Shown: positions 18,860 to 29,382 of the stretch, one piece after another
How the letters are laid out: the number at the start of each line of letters is the position of its first letter
Position numbering within the stretch: the first letter of the stretch is position 1
Origin: an uncultured bacterium
Lineage (GTDB): Bacteria; Planctomycetota; UBA8108; UBA1146
Length of the DNA stretch: 64,000 nt
Direction of reading: 5' to 3'
Assembly (NCBI GenBank): GCA_937876125.1
Contig: CALEHF010000263.1
Coordinates: 3,025 to 67,024 of the forward strand
Made by a program: the position numbers and the translations under genes
Notes under the pieces: generated by a model
Seen by the model: the letters and a program-made list of their open reading frames with translations, nothing else
Told to the model about the DNA's origin: nothing
Databases searched by the model: none

Positions 18860-20155
18860 ATGTCTTCCTCAACGACCACCAATGAAGCCCTCTTCGAGCG
18901 CGCCCAGCGCACCATCCCCGGCGGGGTCAACTCACCGGTCCGGGCGTTCGGTTCCGTGGGCGGCACGCCGCGGTTCATCGCAAGTGCGAAGGGGTGCCGG
19001 GTCACCGACACCGAGGGGAAGTCCTACATCGACTACATCGGATCGTGGGGGCCGATGATCCTCGGGCACGCCCATCCCGCGATCCTGCGCGCCATCGAAA
19101 AGAGTCTTCCCTTGGGAACGAGCTTCGGCGCGCCGACCGAGGGGGAAGTGCTCCTGGCAGAGCGACTGGTCGAGCGCGTCCCCCACGCCGAGATGGCACG
19201 CCTCACGACCAGCGGAACCGAAGCGACGATGACCGCGCTCCGTGTCGCGCGTGGCATCACCGGGCGCGACGCGTTCATCAAGTTCGAAGGGAACTACCAC
19301 GGCCATGCCGACAGCTTCCTCGTCGCTGCCGGTTCGGGCGCCGCGACCCACGGCCACCCCTCGAGCCCCGGGGTTCCCGCGGCGCTCGCCGATCTCACCC
19401 GGCTGGCACCGATCAATGATCTTCCCGCCGTCGAGAAGATCTTCCAGAACGAGGGAGAGACCATCGCCTGCGTGATCGTCGAACCGATCGCCGGCAATAT
19501 TGGCTGCGTGCCCCCGGTCCCCGGCTTCCTCGAAGGATTGCGGAGGCTCTGCACAGAGCATGGCGCACTGTTGATCTTCGACGAAGTGATGACTGGATTT
19601 CGCGTGCATCCGCGCTGCGCGCAGACGCTGTACGGCGTGACGCCGGACCTGACGACACTCGGGAAGATTGTCGGCGGCGGCATGCCGGTCGGCGCGGTGG
19701 TCGGACCGAGGGAAATGATGGAGCAGCTCTCCCCCACCGGCCCGATCTATCAGGCGGGCACGTTGTCGGGGAACCCCCTGTCGGTGGCGGCGGGGCTCGC
19801 CCTGCTCGACGAATTGGCGGAACGAGAGTCGGTGATCTATCCCACTCTCGAGGCATCGTCGGCCCGGCTGGTCGATGGGATCTCCGCCGCGTTCACCGAT
19901 CATGACATCGCCCACACCATCCCGCGGGTCGGCAGCATGTTCTCGATCTACTTTCGCGAAGAGGCGGTGCTCAACTTCGAGCACGCGAAGGAGTCGGACG
20001 CCGAGCGCTTCAAGATCTTCTTCCACGGCCTGCTCGATCGCGGAGTCAACCTCGCACCGAGTCCGTACGAAGCGGCGTTCGTGAGTGAATCCCACGACAA
20101 GGCCGCGATCGACGAAACGATCGCGGCGGTGCGGGAAGTGGCGGGGCTGTTGTAG
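18860..20155 (+). CDS. hemL: Glutamate-1-semialdehyde 2,1-aminomutase
   Basis: N-terminus LFERAQRTIPGGVNSPVRAF...YIDYIGSWGPMILGHAHPAI typical of HemL (class III aminotransferase); GGAG RBS 5 nt upstream of ATG. Confidence 0.9.
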   Translation: MSSSTTTNEALFERAQRTIPGGVNSPVRAFGSVGGTPRFIASAKGCRVTDTEGKSYIDYIGSWGPMILGHAHPAILRAIEKSLPLGTSFGAPTEGEVLLAERLVERVPHAEMARLTTSGTEATMTALRVARGITGRDAFIKFEGNYHGHADSFLVAAGSGAATHGHPSSPGVPAALADLTRLAPINDLPAVEKIFQNEGETIACVIVEPIAGNIGCVPPVPGFLEGLRRLCTEHGALLIFDEVMTGFRVHPRCAQTLYGVTPDLTTLGKIVGGGMPVGAVVGPREMMEQLSPTGPIYQAGTLSGNPLSVAAGLALLDELAERESVIYPTLEASSARLVDGISAAFTDHDIAHTIPRVGSMFSIYFREEAVLNFEHAKESDAERFKIFFHGLLDRGVNLAPSPYEAAFVSESHDKAAIDETIAAVREVAGLL

Positions 20156-20198
20156 GGGGCGCGGTCGGTGCTGGAAGCCTTCCTCTTGGCCAAAAAAA

Positions 20199-20236
20199 GA
20201 ACGACCCCCCGCGAGCTGAGCTCGCGGGGGGTCGTT
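20199..20236. terminator. Bidirectional intrinsic terminator between convergent hemL and dockerin-module gene
   Basis: Perfect 16-bp inverted repeat acgaccccccgcgagc/gctcgcggggggtcgt, flanked by A7 upstream and TTTC downstream. Confidence 0.6.
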
Positions 20237-20276
20237 TCAAATCGCCAGTTCGACGACTCGTAGAGCGACGAATCGC

Positions 20277-21533
20277 TTACGGCTGGTCGTCCGCGTCGTT
20301 GTCGCAACCGAGGCCGTCACCCGGGGTCGGATCGAGATCCGCGGTCGGGAACGGAGCGCTCGGCGGCGCACCTTCACTGAACTGGTAGAGGAAGATCAGA
20401 ATCGCGTCGTTCACCGCAAGGTCGGCATCGTCGTCGGTGTCACACGCGTCGTCGCACACCGGATCCGGGCCACCCTGGAACAGGAAGTTCAGGAGGTAGA
20501 TGCCGTCTGCAATGTTGACGAGAGCGTCGCTGTTGCAGTCGCTGCGCAGGAACGCGTTGAAGTTGACGATCGTCACGGCGCCATCGACCAGGCTCGGCGC
20601 GTAGAGGCCGGCTTGGCCGAAGACCACGCCGTTGTTCGCGGGCGGGCTTCCGAGGCCGTCCGTGAACGCGATCGCGCTCGAACCGACGCCAACGCCGTTC
20701 CAAGTGATCGTAGCGAGCGCGGTGCTCGCCGGCGAAGCGGCGATGAAGTTGTCGAGCGGCGACGTCGTGTCCATGATCAGACCGATGACGAGCTCGCCCG
20801 AGGCGGTGCCCGGCTGAACCTCGAAGAAGTCCGCGCCGGCGGAGTTCGCGACCGAGGCGATCGTGATGACGCTGTCGTCGTAGGTCACAGAGATCGAGGC
20901 CGCGTCGGCGGCACCGAGAGTCACGTTGTTGAAGGAGATCGTCGAGTCCACCGTGGCGCCGAGGAGACCCGTAGCCGAGCTCGCGACGAGCTGGTTCGGG
21001 TCGATGACGTCAATGTTGCCCGCAACTGAAACCGGCGCAATGCTGCTGCCGCCGACCACTACGACCATCGCGACCGGCGGGGTGCCGAGCGTGTCGCAGG
21101 GGGTCACCGGGGTATCCGCGGTTCCGAGGATCGTGTAGTCGACCGTCAAGATGTCGAGCGACGGGCTCGGCGGCAGGACGAGACAGCCGGTGAGGCACAT
21201 GACCACACCGAGGGTCGCTCCTCCGGGGTACGTGGCGAGGTCGATGAAACCATCCTCGTCCGCCAGGAAAGTATCGGCACCCACGGTTGCAAGATCGACT
21301 TGCAGTGCAAGAGGGTCGGAGCAGAGTCCGAAGGACCATCCCTGAAGATCTGCCCCCAAACTTGAGTCAAGGGTCACCGTCGAGGAGACCGGGTCTCCGG
21401 TCGAACCAGATCCGCTAGAGGCCGCCAGCACGTAGTTCGGATCTTGTCCGAATGCAGTCCCCGCCGTGAGAACCATCGCTAGGACAGTACTCGCTACGAG
21501 GCCGCCTGTTCCGAGTCCAAGCTTCATCGCCAT
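20277..21533 (-). CDS. Secreted protein with C-terminal double dockerin-like module (family member A)
   Basis: Signal peptide (MAMKLGLGTGGLVASTVLAMVLTAGTAFG). C-terminus SDCNSDALVNIADGIYLLNFLF...PVCDDACDTDDDADLAVNDAILIFLYQF...GCDNDADDQP. Confidence 0.65.
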   Translation of the reverse strand: MAMKLGLGTGGLVASTVLAMVLTAGTAFGQDPNYVLAASSGSGSTGDPVSSTVTLDSSLGADLQGWSFGLCSDPLALQVDLATVGADTFLADEDGFIDLATYPGGATLGVVMCLTGCLVLPPSPSLDILTVDYTILGTADTPVTPCDTLGTPPVAMVVVVGGSSIAPVSVAGNIDVIDPNQLVASSATGLLGATVDSTISFNNVTLGAADAASISVTYDDSVITIASVANSAGADFFEVQPGTASGELVIGLIMDTTSPLDNFIAASPASTALATITWNGVGVGSSAIAFTDGLGSPPANNGVVFGQAGLYAPSLVDGAVTIVNFNAFLRSDCNSDALVNIADGIYLLNFLFQGGPDPVCDDACDTDDDADLAVNDAILIFLYQFSEGAPPSAPFPTADLDPTPGDGLGCDNDADDQP

Positions 21534-22714
21534 CGTTCCTTTCAAACCGAACGGGGAGTGCAACCGGCACTCCTCCACCCCAGATTCCTCGCGCCCAGTG
21601 ATTTCATTAACGAGCCCGACCCCTCCGGTGAGAAGTGACCTGTCGCTGTGACACCATGTCACCGTGACACACCACCGACCGATGAGGTCAGTTCTCGAAT
21701 ATGGTCCCCACCCGCCAAACCGTCGTCACGAGGTAACAACGATCCGACACCACAGGAAGGACACCCGACGGTCCGGTCTGAGTCATCCCACCATGGGATG
21801 AGACTCGGTCCTAGGACCGCGTCGATAACTGTCAAAGGACAGCGCACACACGCCATCCCGTCTCGCTCGAGTCACCGTTGGCGTTCCCTTCGGAGCGCCT
21901 GGATCATCGAAGCAGAGTCGCATTCAAAAAGTGATTCAGCCCTTTTGAGTCAGCAGTCCCGTTGAGTCAGCCAAGACCCGATACTCCACCTCAGACCTGT
22001 ACCCATCGGCCGCTGCCCTTGGGAACACGCTGCCTTTGCAACGCTGTCCCGGTAAGCACTGCGGCCAGTGAGCACGAAATCCGAGCGGCGCGCCGCGCGG
22101 TTGCTGACAGTCCTCCTCGTTTCACCCCTCGAGACCGAGCCGACGGTCTCAGACCCTGGGGTCCACATAGCGATGGGCTGCACCGGAAGAGAGATCAATC
22201 TCTCGCCCCTCGGTACTGCGCGTGAGCCTCGCTCGTTCGCGAGAGAGTTCTCCCTCAGCCTGAGAGTTTCAGCGCGGGAGAGCCAGTACTGCACACACAT
22301 CTTTAAAACGGAAGGGCGTGACCCGATAGAGCCCAATCAGATGACGCAATGTTAGTGGATCCGAGGGGGAAAGCCAAGGGACTGTTCCCACACTGACACT
22401 GACAGTCGAGGGGGCTCGGGGGGATACGGCAGGAAGCAGGGGGGCATCCGGAGCAATTTGACGTGTGATTTTCTACGCTCGCCGCTTGGGGCTGAGACGA
22501 GATGAGCCATCTTAAAGGTCTACTGAGTTAAAACTTGCGACTCAGCACCCCTCGATCCGGGGCTGGGGAACCAGGTGGCGTTCGCAAGGTGACCCGGGGC
22601 CTCCTTGCCGCCCGCGGCGGCTGGCAGACCCTTCAATTTGAGATGGGGAAGGAGTGCGGAACGATCGACTGATGGTGGCTGAAGCCCGTGATTTCGGGGC
22701 CTCCAGGTCGATTG

Positions 22715-23893
22715 TTATCCCAAGATCCGAAAGGGTGCCCGCCCTCCAGCTGCCCGAACACCACAAAATCGATCGACGGAGAAGAACGCGGGATCGAACG
22801 GCCCGGTGTCTCCGCCCACGACCATTCCGGCGACACCCCGGCCCACCGCCGGCCCGAACTTGAAGTCGTGTCCCGATGCCCCGGCGACGACGGTGAGGCC
22901 TTCGACGCCAGGCACGGTTCCGACAATCGCCCGAGAGTCGGGAGTGACGGTGTAGAGCGCAGCACCCCCACCCTTCGAAGGACTGGCCCCGAGAGAAGGG
23001 AGCCGCTCCGAGATTCCGCGACGACACCGGTGGATGAACTCGCCTGCGATCCCTTCATCGAAGTGATCGGGATCGACTTCGGCAGCATCTTCGAAACTCA
23101 GCTGACCCACGCGGGTCCAGCCGGCGTCCTCAGGTTTCCAATAGAGGCCTGTGACAGTGTCGCAGAAGATCGTGCGACGCGCGGGCTCCGTGACTGGGGG
23201 CTCGAAGTAAGCCTGCTCGCGACGGATCGAACGCAACGGAAGATCCGGCGCGATGGTCTTCAGCAGTTGCTTTGCCCACGGCCCCGCGGCGTTGATCACG
23301 TGAGGACCAGAGACCTTCACTCCGTCTGAGAGACGCACACCGGTGACGCGCCCCCCTTCGACTTCGATCGCGCGCACCGCGACCCCGAACCGTGTCTCGA
23401 CTCCCTGGCGTCGCGCTGCTTCCAGGCACGCGTGGACGGTCTTCGCAGGCTGCACGGTTCCGGCATCGGGGTCCCACAACGCGCGGTCATCCGCATTGAA
23501 CACAGCTTCCGGCTCGAGCTCGCGGAGCTCATCGGGACCGATCACTGATGCCTGAACGTGGTTCTGATTTTGGAGGGTGACGCTTGCGCGGAGAGACGCC
23601 TCTTCGGAGGCATCCGCGATGCAGACCATGCCGACTCGGCGGAAGCCGATGTCGAGGCCATTCTCTGCTTGGAAACTGGCGTAGCGCTCCAGGCTGAAGC
23701 TCGCCATTCGGATCGGGATTTCATAGCAGTCGTCTTGGCTCAAGATTGCGCTCGAGTTGCCGGTCGACCCCGCGCCGGGAAAACTCTTCTCGATGAGGAG
23801 AACCCGATCAGCTCCCAGTCGGGCGAGTTCGAGGGAGATCCACGCCCCCGTGATCCCGCCGCCAATCACGATCGCATCGTAGTTCTGGGTCAA
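22715..23893 (-). CDS. FAD-dependent oxidoreductase (DAO/glycine-sarcosine oxidase family)
   Basis: N-terminal Rossmann YDAIVIGGGITGAWISLELARLG...VLLIEK; TTG start with purine-rich RBS. Confidence 0.75.
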   Translation of the reverse strand: MTQNYDAIVIGGGITGAWISLELARLGADRVLLIEKSFPGAGSTGNSSAILSQDDCYEIPIRMASFSLERYASFQAENGLDIGFRRVGMVCIADASEEASLRASVTLQNQNHVQASVIGPDELRELEPEAVFNADDRALWDPDAGTVQPAKTVHACLEAARRQGVETRFGVAVRAIEVEGGRVTGVRLSDGVKVSGPHVINAAGPWAKQLLKTIAPDLPLRSIRREQAYFEPPVTEPARRTIFCDTVTGLYWKPEDAGWTRVGQLSFEDAAEVDPDHFDEGIAGEFIHRCRRGISERLPSLGASPSKGGGAALYTVTPDSRAIVGTVPGVEGLTVVAGASGHDFKFGPAVGRGVAGMVVGGDTGPFDPAFFSVDRFCGVRAAGGRAPFRILG

Positions 23894-23914
23894 CGCCCCT
23901 CACCCTTCGTCGGG

Positions 23915-24937
23915 TCATGACGCGCGCTTGATCGACTCCTTCGCAAGCTCCCGGGCCAAGAACCCGCACAACTTCCCGAAAGCGTCGACACCTGCGGCGC
24001 GGCAGATGTCCTCGCGATAGACGCTGGTGGCGTTGATGTCGTAGAAGACCCGGCGGCCATCCGCCGTTTCGATGTACTCCACGCCGCCGACGTCCAGACG
24101 CGCTTCCCGAACGATCTCTCGGGCCTGGGCCACCGCTTCAGCCGGGATATCCGGGTACAGCTCGAAGCGGACCTCAGCGCGTCCATCGTTCTTATCGGCG
24201 TCTGCGGGGGATCTCTTGCATCCGTCTGCGGGGCAAAGATTGAATGTGTTCACCGGAGTGACCCGCATCGCGAAGATCAGCTCCCCATCCACGAACTCAG
24301 TTCGGATCACCGAACCGTCCACTGACGTGACAAATTCCTGCAGGAGCAGCAGGTGATCAGGACCGAACAGATCCTCCTCAGAGTCGAGGAGGTGCTCGAG
24401 CTCGGCGAAGGTTTCGACCTTGCGAATCAGCGCTCCGCTGCCGCCGGTGTCGGGCTTGATCATGACCGGGAAGGTGAGATCTCGGGCGAGGACTCGGACC
24501 TGGTCGCGGTTGTTGAAGACAATCGTTTTGGGGGTCGGAACGCCGAGCGATTCCATGAGGAGCTGTTGGCGTACTTTTGAGGTCTCGAGGGCAAAGCTCC
24601 CTGCCCCGTTGGCGACTCGGGTTCCGCCCGATTCGAGCGCCGTGAGGAACGCGTGGGCGTACTGGATCGCAGGTCCGTTGCCGCGCAGGTAGGAGCTGGG
24701 GGAGACGCGGTTCAGGTACATCGAGTGGCGATCGGCCTCGAGCAGAGAGAACGCGGCATCTTTCACTTCGATCGCGTCGAAGGGCACGCCTGCGCGGTTC
24801 AGCGATTCGAACAGGGGGGCGAGCCACTCCCGGTTCTCGTAGAGAATTCCCAGACGCGACGTGGTGGGTGTGTTTGGGCGGTTGACGTTCCGGCGATCGC
24901 GCCAAAGACCGTCCCCTCGGATGATGCGGCTCTGCAT
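23915..24937 (-). CDS. ATP-grasp family ligase (RimK/glutathione-synthetase-like)
   Basis: ATP-grasp features FPVMIKPDTGGSGALIRKV, LLLQEFV; 21 bp upstream of, and co-directional with, the FAD oxidoreductase gene. Confidence 0.6.
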   Translation of the reverse strand: MQSRIIRGDGLWRDRRNVNRPNTPTTSRLGILYENREWLAPLFESLNRAGVPFDAIEVKDAAFSLLEADRHSMYLNRVSPSSYLRGNGPAIQYAHAFLTALESGGTRVANGAGSFALETSKVRQQLLMESLGVPTPKTIVFNNRDQVRVLARDLTFPVMIKPDTGGSGALIRKVETFAELEHLLDSEEDLFGPDHLLLLQEFVTSVDGSVIRTEFVDGELIFAMRVTPVNTFNLCPADGCKRSPADADKNDGRAEVRFELYPDIPAEAVAQAREIVREARLDVGGVEYIETADGRRVFYDINATSVYREDICRAAGVDAFGKLCGFLARELAKESIKRAS

Positions 24938-25444
24938 CGTACGGTTCCCCTCAGATGATCAACGTGGGCGGAGTACAGGTGAAAGATGGTCGGGTGGGTA
25001 AAAAAACCCAGCCGCGCCGGCGAAAAAGGGCCCATCCGGAAAGGAGTGAGGAGTGAGGAGCAAACCGGGCCTTTGATCGTATTCCGAGCGCGACCGGGGA
25101 GAGATATCGACCTCAATGACACAGCCTACGAAGCGACCCGATCACCCAAAAGGAGCGATCCAGTCCCGCAGATTGTGGACGAATTCGGACCAGAGGAGCC
25201 GTGGGATGAGCAGGCTCCGGGAGAGACACACCTCCGGATACGGGGGGGATGAAGCCCGCCGCACGGTCCAAATTGTCGATGAGAAACCCGTTCTTACACC
25301 GATGGTATCACTCGATAGAGAACCGACTACCGGGCAGGCTAACTTTCAAGACATTTGTAAGGTCCGCAGTTTGCGCCTTCGTCAGCTTCGGTCGTCATGA
25401 CTGGAATGTCTATCCAACGGGTCGTTGTAGTGATCGCTCAGCCT

Positions 25445-28400
25445 TCACTTCAATCCGGCGAGGAATTCGAGCAGATCGCGGATCTCACAAGGCTCGAGCG
25501 CGAAGTGCACCTGGGGCATCGCGCTCGGGGTCGCCGTGTTTCCATAGCCCTCGACGATCTGAGCGTTCGGCAGAATGATCGACTCGAGAATCTGAGCGCG
25601 CGTCTGGCGACCTCCGATCCCCTCGAGGGAGGGGCCCGCCACGCCGCCATCTCCCGCGGCGATATGGCAGCGACTGCACTGGGCAACGATGTGCTCGCGA
25701 AACACCCGACCGCCCCGTTCGGCACTCCCCCCGACGAGCGCGACTCGATACGGGGCGAGCTCGTCCCCCTCCGGCAAAGATTCCCGGTAGCGCCCCAAGC
25801 GATCGGCGAGCGCCTCCCCCCGGACCTCTCCTGCACGCGTGATCTCGAGTCCGAGCTCAGGAGGGAGCGTGCCCGCGAGGAACTGATCGAAGAGCGGAAC
25901 CAGGCGGTGATCGGCGGCGCGACTTTTCATCGCCGCGAGCGACGCGATCGTCCCCTGACGCTCGGCGATCGGCCCCTCGGCGAGGACGGCGTCGATCTCG
26001 GCGAATCTCGCTTCCACGTCAGCCATGAGCTCACGCGCGCGCACGCGAAGGAGCGGCGCCTCGCTCTGCCGGGCGGCAAGAATGGCCTCCGCGCGCTCAG
26101 AATCCATCCCGACCAGTTGCTCGAGCGCGACGATCCGAGACTCGACCGACTCCACGGAGCTCGAGAGAATCGAACGGTTCAATGCGACGGGGAGCGGCAC
26201 GCGCAATGCCACGGCGAGACGACGCGCAGCGGCTCCGATATCGCCCCTAGAGTGAGTCGCGATGGCGGCGAGGGTCTCTCCGATGGCGGGCACAAGGGTC
26301 TCGACGCCGCGCTCCCCCTCGAGGACCTCGCGCACCTCTCCCTGCACCCGTTCACGCGGTTCGGGCTCGCTCCACTGGGCGAGGGTCGCGAGCGCCTCTC
26401 GGCGAGCAAGGCTCGGAACGCCCGGATCGGCGGCGAGCGCGCAGAGCGCACTGGCGTTTTCTGCCCCCCCCACCTCGAGGGCGGCGGCGATCACTCGACG
26501 CAGGAGCGGGAGATTCCCTTCCGGCTCCCTCCCGCCGCCGATCGGCTTCTCCCACGTGCCATCGGGGAGTTGCCAAGCAATCTGCAGATGGTCGCCGCCG
26601 GTGCCTTCGATCTGGCGTGCGTCGAGGTGGATCTCCATTCCGGCGCGCAGGGGGATCACCGCGGAGACCTGGCCTGGCTTCCCCTCGAACACATCGCGTC
26701 CGACCCAACCATCGATCTTCGCGATCTCCCGTCGTTTTGCTTCGACCCCGCGCACCGAGAAGAACAGCACCGATTGGTCATCGCTCGCCAGTGCGAAACG
26801 GTAGTCGCCGTCGGCGGGCACGAGAACGGTGCCGGTGAGACGACAGGCGTAACGGTCGCCGATCTCAGAGCCGGTGTCGGCACGGGTGAGCGGTGTACGA
26901 TCCGCGGGCTCACCACGAAAGAGAGCGTCATCGCGCGGATCGGCCGACGTGGGGACGATCGTGGGAGAGAGTGGGTAGATCTCGCGGGTAAATGTAACGG
27001 CGGTCTCCGACCGCGCATCCGAGAGGGACTGACCTGTGCCGAGCTTCCTCGCGAGCCCCGCGAGAGCGGGGCGTGCGGCCACGATCGGAACGTCGTAGAT
27101 CGCGCGGGCGCACTCGGTGACGATGCGCGGATCGGCATCGTCGAGGTAGCGAGCGATCCTCGCATCCCCGAGACGGCGCAGAGCGAGCAGGCACACCATC
27201 CGGGCCGAGGGATGCGGATCGTCAGCGGCATTCACCAACAACTGTGGGGAGGCAACTCGTGCCAAGGCGATCGCGATCAACTGGCGAAGCGTAGGATCCA
27301 TCGCCCCGGGCTGATCCCCGATCGCGCGAGCGCACTCGAGCAGCGGCCCGGTCGCGTGGGTCCCCCCCACCTTCCCGAGCGCTTCGATCGCCCGGGCGAT
27401 GACTCGGCCGCTCTGGTCGCCGAGACGTGCGGTCAGGTCGGGAATCGTCGCGGGATCACGGATTTCTCCTGCCACCTGGCACGCCACCGCCCGTACGCGA
27501 GGATCGTCGTCTGAGATCAACGATTGGACCGTATCGCGCCCCTTCTGGGTGAGTTTCCCCGAACGACCGAGCTGCCCCAGTCCCCACAACCCATGCAGAC
27601 GCGGAAGGGGGTCACCGTGCTCTCGGGCGTAGGCGCAGAAGAGTCCCTCGCCCGACGCACCCCGCGTCGCGAGCTCCCACTGCGCTTCGAAGCGAACCCG
27701 GCGATCGCGATGACGGAGCAGCATCGCAAGCTCGATGGCCGGCCGTTCGAATCCACCGCGAAACAGCTCGGCGACGCGCAACGCCGCCTCAGTGTCGATC
27801 CAATTCGGGTCAGAGATCGCGTACAGCCGCCCCTCCCCGTTCTGCACCCACCCCGCGCCCCAATCGGCCACATACACCCGACCGTCGTAGCCGAACTCCA
27901 CATCGGTGCAGAGAACGTGGTCGATGAATTTGTGTTCGTCAACCATGGCGAAGCCGCCGCCGACCTCCGTCACCGCGAAGCTGCGCACCGAAGAACTCGC
28001 GGCACCGCCGGTGAAGTCACAGACGAAGAAGTGGTTCTGGTAGCGCGGCGGAAGCCCTTGGCCGGGGTAGTGCGTCAAGCCGGAGGGTCCGCTGGTGATG
28101 TGCGCAATCGGCGGCACGACCCAGGCCGGTTGGGCATCGTGCTCTGTCCACCAGATTCCCTCTTGGATCCACGGCCCGCGACGGTTCGACCCCTCGAGGG
28201 TCTGATACTCCATCTGCCAGCCGCTCTCTCCCCCTTCGATGATGTGCACCAGGCGCGCGCGGTCGCCGCCGTCGGAATTGTTGTCGACAGAGAACAGATT
28301 GCCGTCGTCATCAAAGGCGAGCTCTTGGGGATTGCGCAGGCCATGGTGGACCACTTCGAGGTTCGATCCGTCGAGCTCACAGCGCAGCACCGCCCCGGCG

Positions 28401-29173
28401 TTCGGGGAGTCGAGCACCTCCCCATAGGCGGGTTCGACATGGAATCCGCGATCGCCGATCGACCAGTACAGCCGTCGATCCGGGCCGATGACGAGCCCAT
28501 GCATGTCGTGGCCACGGAGTGCGGTCCGGATGCCGTACCCGGTCGACATCACTTCTTTCGAATCGGCACGACCGTCGTCATCGGTGTCGCGCAGGAGATA
28601 GAGGCTCGGAATGTTGGTGTAGAAGAGATCGCCGCGATCGAAGAGCACCCCAGAGCCGGTGCCGTCGAGCGGAGCGCGATAGTTGTCTGAGAAGATGGTC
28701 ACGGTATCGGCGACACCGTCGCCGTCGGTATCCGCGACACGACGGATACGATCTTCAAACTCGCGGTAGTACTCCATCCCACCGACCCGTCGGTCCTGCC
28801 ACTTCTCGTACATGGCGAGACGATCGTCGATCGTTTGCAGCGAGAGGTCATCGAGGAGCCAGTAACTCGAGGATCGGTTGTCTTCGACGCCGCGCTCTTG
28901 CCGGAACGTCTCGGCAACATAGACGCGCCCCTTGCCGTCGAAACAGAACGCGACCGGGTCGGTGACGAGAGGCTCGGCGGCGAAGATCTCCTTGGTGAGC
29001 CCGACCGGGATGGCGAGCGCATCAAATGCGCGCAGTGCAGAGGCGGACCAGGGGAGGCGCGCTTTGCCAAGGGGCGGGGCGTCTCCTGGCTCATCCGCGG
29101 GAAGGGACAGCGTCGACGCGAGCAAGAGAAGAGTGGCGAGAGCGCAGATTTGCGTCGAGGAGCGAGCGAGCAT
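25445..29173 (-). CDS. PVC-type giant membrane-bound dehydrogenase-domain / HEAT-repeat / PA14-like protein with C-terminal cytochrome c (CxxCH) domain
   Basis: N-terminal signal peptide, beta-propeller region (GSGVLFDRGDLFYT..., DDGNLFSVDNNSDGGDRARLVHI), HEAT repeats (DPRVRAVACQVAGEI...). PA14-like segment (DRYACRLTGTVLVPADGDYRFALASDDQSVLF). C-terminal heme motif CSRCH. Confidence 0.7.
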   Translation of the reverse strand: MLARSSTQICALATLLLLASTLSLPADEPGDAPPLGKARLPWSASALRAFDALAIPVGLTKEIFAAEPLVTDPVAFCFDGKGRVYVAETFRQERGVEDNRSSSYWLLDDLSLQTIDDRLAMYEKWQDRRVGGMEYYREFEDRIRRVADTDGDGVADTVTIFSDNYRAPLDGTGSGVLFDRGDLFYTNIPSLYLLRDTDDDGRADSKEVMSTGYGIRTALRGHDMHGLVIGPDRRLYWSIGDRGFHVEPAYGEVLDSPNAGAVLRCELDGSNLEVVHHGLRNPQELAFDDDGNLFSVDNNSDGGDRARLVHIIEGGESGWQMEYQTLEGSNRRGPWIQEGIWWTEHDAQPAWVVPPIAHITSGPSGLTHYPGQGLPPRYQNHFFVCDFTGGAASSSVRSFAVTEVGGGFAMVDEHKFIDHVLCTDVEFGYDGRVYVADWGAGWVQNGEGRLYAISDPNWIDTEAALRVAELFRGGFERPAIELAMLLRHRDRRVRFEAQWELATRGASGEGLFCAYAREHGDPLPRLHGLWGLGQLGRSGKLTQKGRDTVQSLISDDDPRVRAVACQVAGEIRDPATIPDLTARLGDQSGRVIARAIEALGKVGGTHATGPLLECARAIGDQPGAMDPTLRQLIAIALARVASPQLLVNAADDPHPSARMVCLLALRRLGDARIARYLDDADPRIVTECARAIYDVPIVAARPALAGLARKLGTGQSLSDARSETAVTFTREIYPLSPTIVPTSADPRDDALFRGEPADRTPLTRADTGSEIGDRYACRLTGTVLVPADGDYRFALASDDQSVLFFSVRGVEAKRREIAKIDGWVGRDVFEGKPGQVSAVIPLRAGMEIHLDARQIEGTGGDHLQIAWQLPDGTWEKPIGGGREPEGNLPLLRRVIAAALEVGGAENASALCALAADPGVPSLARREALATLAQWSEPEPRERVQGEVREVLEGERGVETLVPAIGETLAAIATHSRGDIGAAARRLAVALRVPLPVALNRSILSSSVESVESRIVALEQLVGMDSERAEAILAARQSEAPLLRVRARELMADVEARFAEIDAVLAEGPIAERQGTIASLAAMKSRAADHRLVPLFDQFLAGTLPPELGLEITRAGEVRGEALADRLGRYRESLPEGDELAPYRVALVGGSAERGGRVFREHIVAQCSRCHIAAGDGGVAGPSLEGIGGRQTRAQILESIILPNAQIVEGYGNTATPSAMPQVHFALEPCEIRDLLEFLAGLK

Positions 29174-29265
29174 GGCGGCCGTCCTTCTGAGTGGGAGAGT
29201 GAAGCTGGACTCTACCTGCTCTTCGGTCGCGCTTGCAACGACGGGCGTGCCAACTCGCGTCCCCC

Positions 29266-29313
29266 GTCAAGTTGCATCCCAGTCAAGTTGCGTCCCAGTC
29301 AAGTTTCGCAGAC
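29266..29313 (+). repeat. Three contiguous 16-bp direct repeats (GTCAAGTTGCATCCCA / GTCAAGTTGCGTCCCA / GTCAAGTTTCGCAGAC) in divergent promoter region
   Basis: Perfect/near-perfect tandem units at 29266-29281, 29282-29297, 29298-29313. They lie between the divergent start codons at 29173 (-) and 29383 (+). Confidence 0.8.
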
Positions 29314-29382
29314 GATAGGCGCCGATCGCTCACCTGTGCGCCTACCGCCGGGGCACTCCCACTCCGTCGAAGGGTCCGACTC

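Noticed and set aside
22350-22700. Possible riboswitch/ncRNA in the 1.1-kb gap between the FAD-oxidoreductase gene end and the dockerin-module gene promoter
   Set aside because: No recognisable conserved riboswitch core motifs could be identified by eye; only the GTGACA palindrome is reported.
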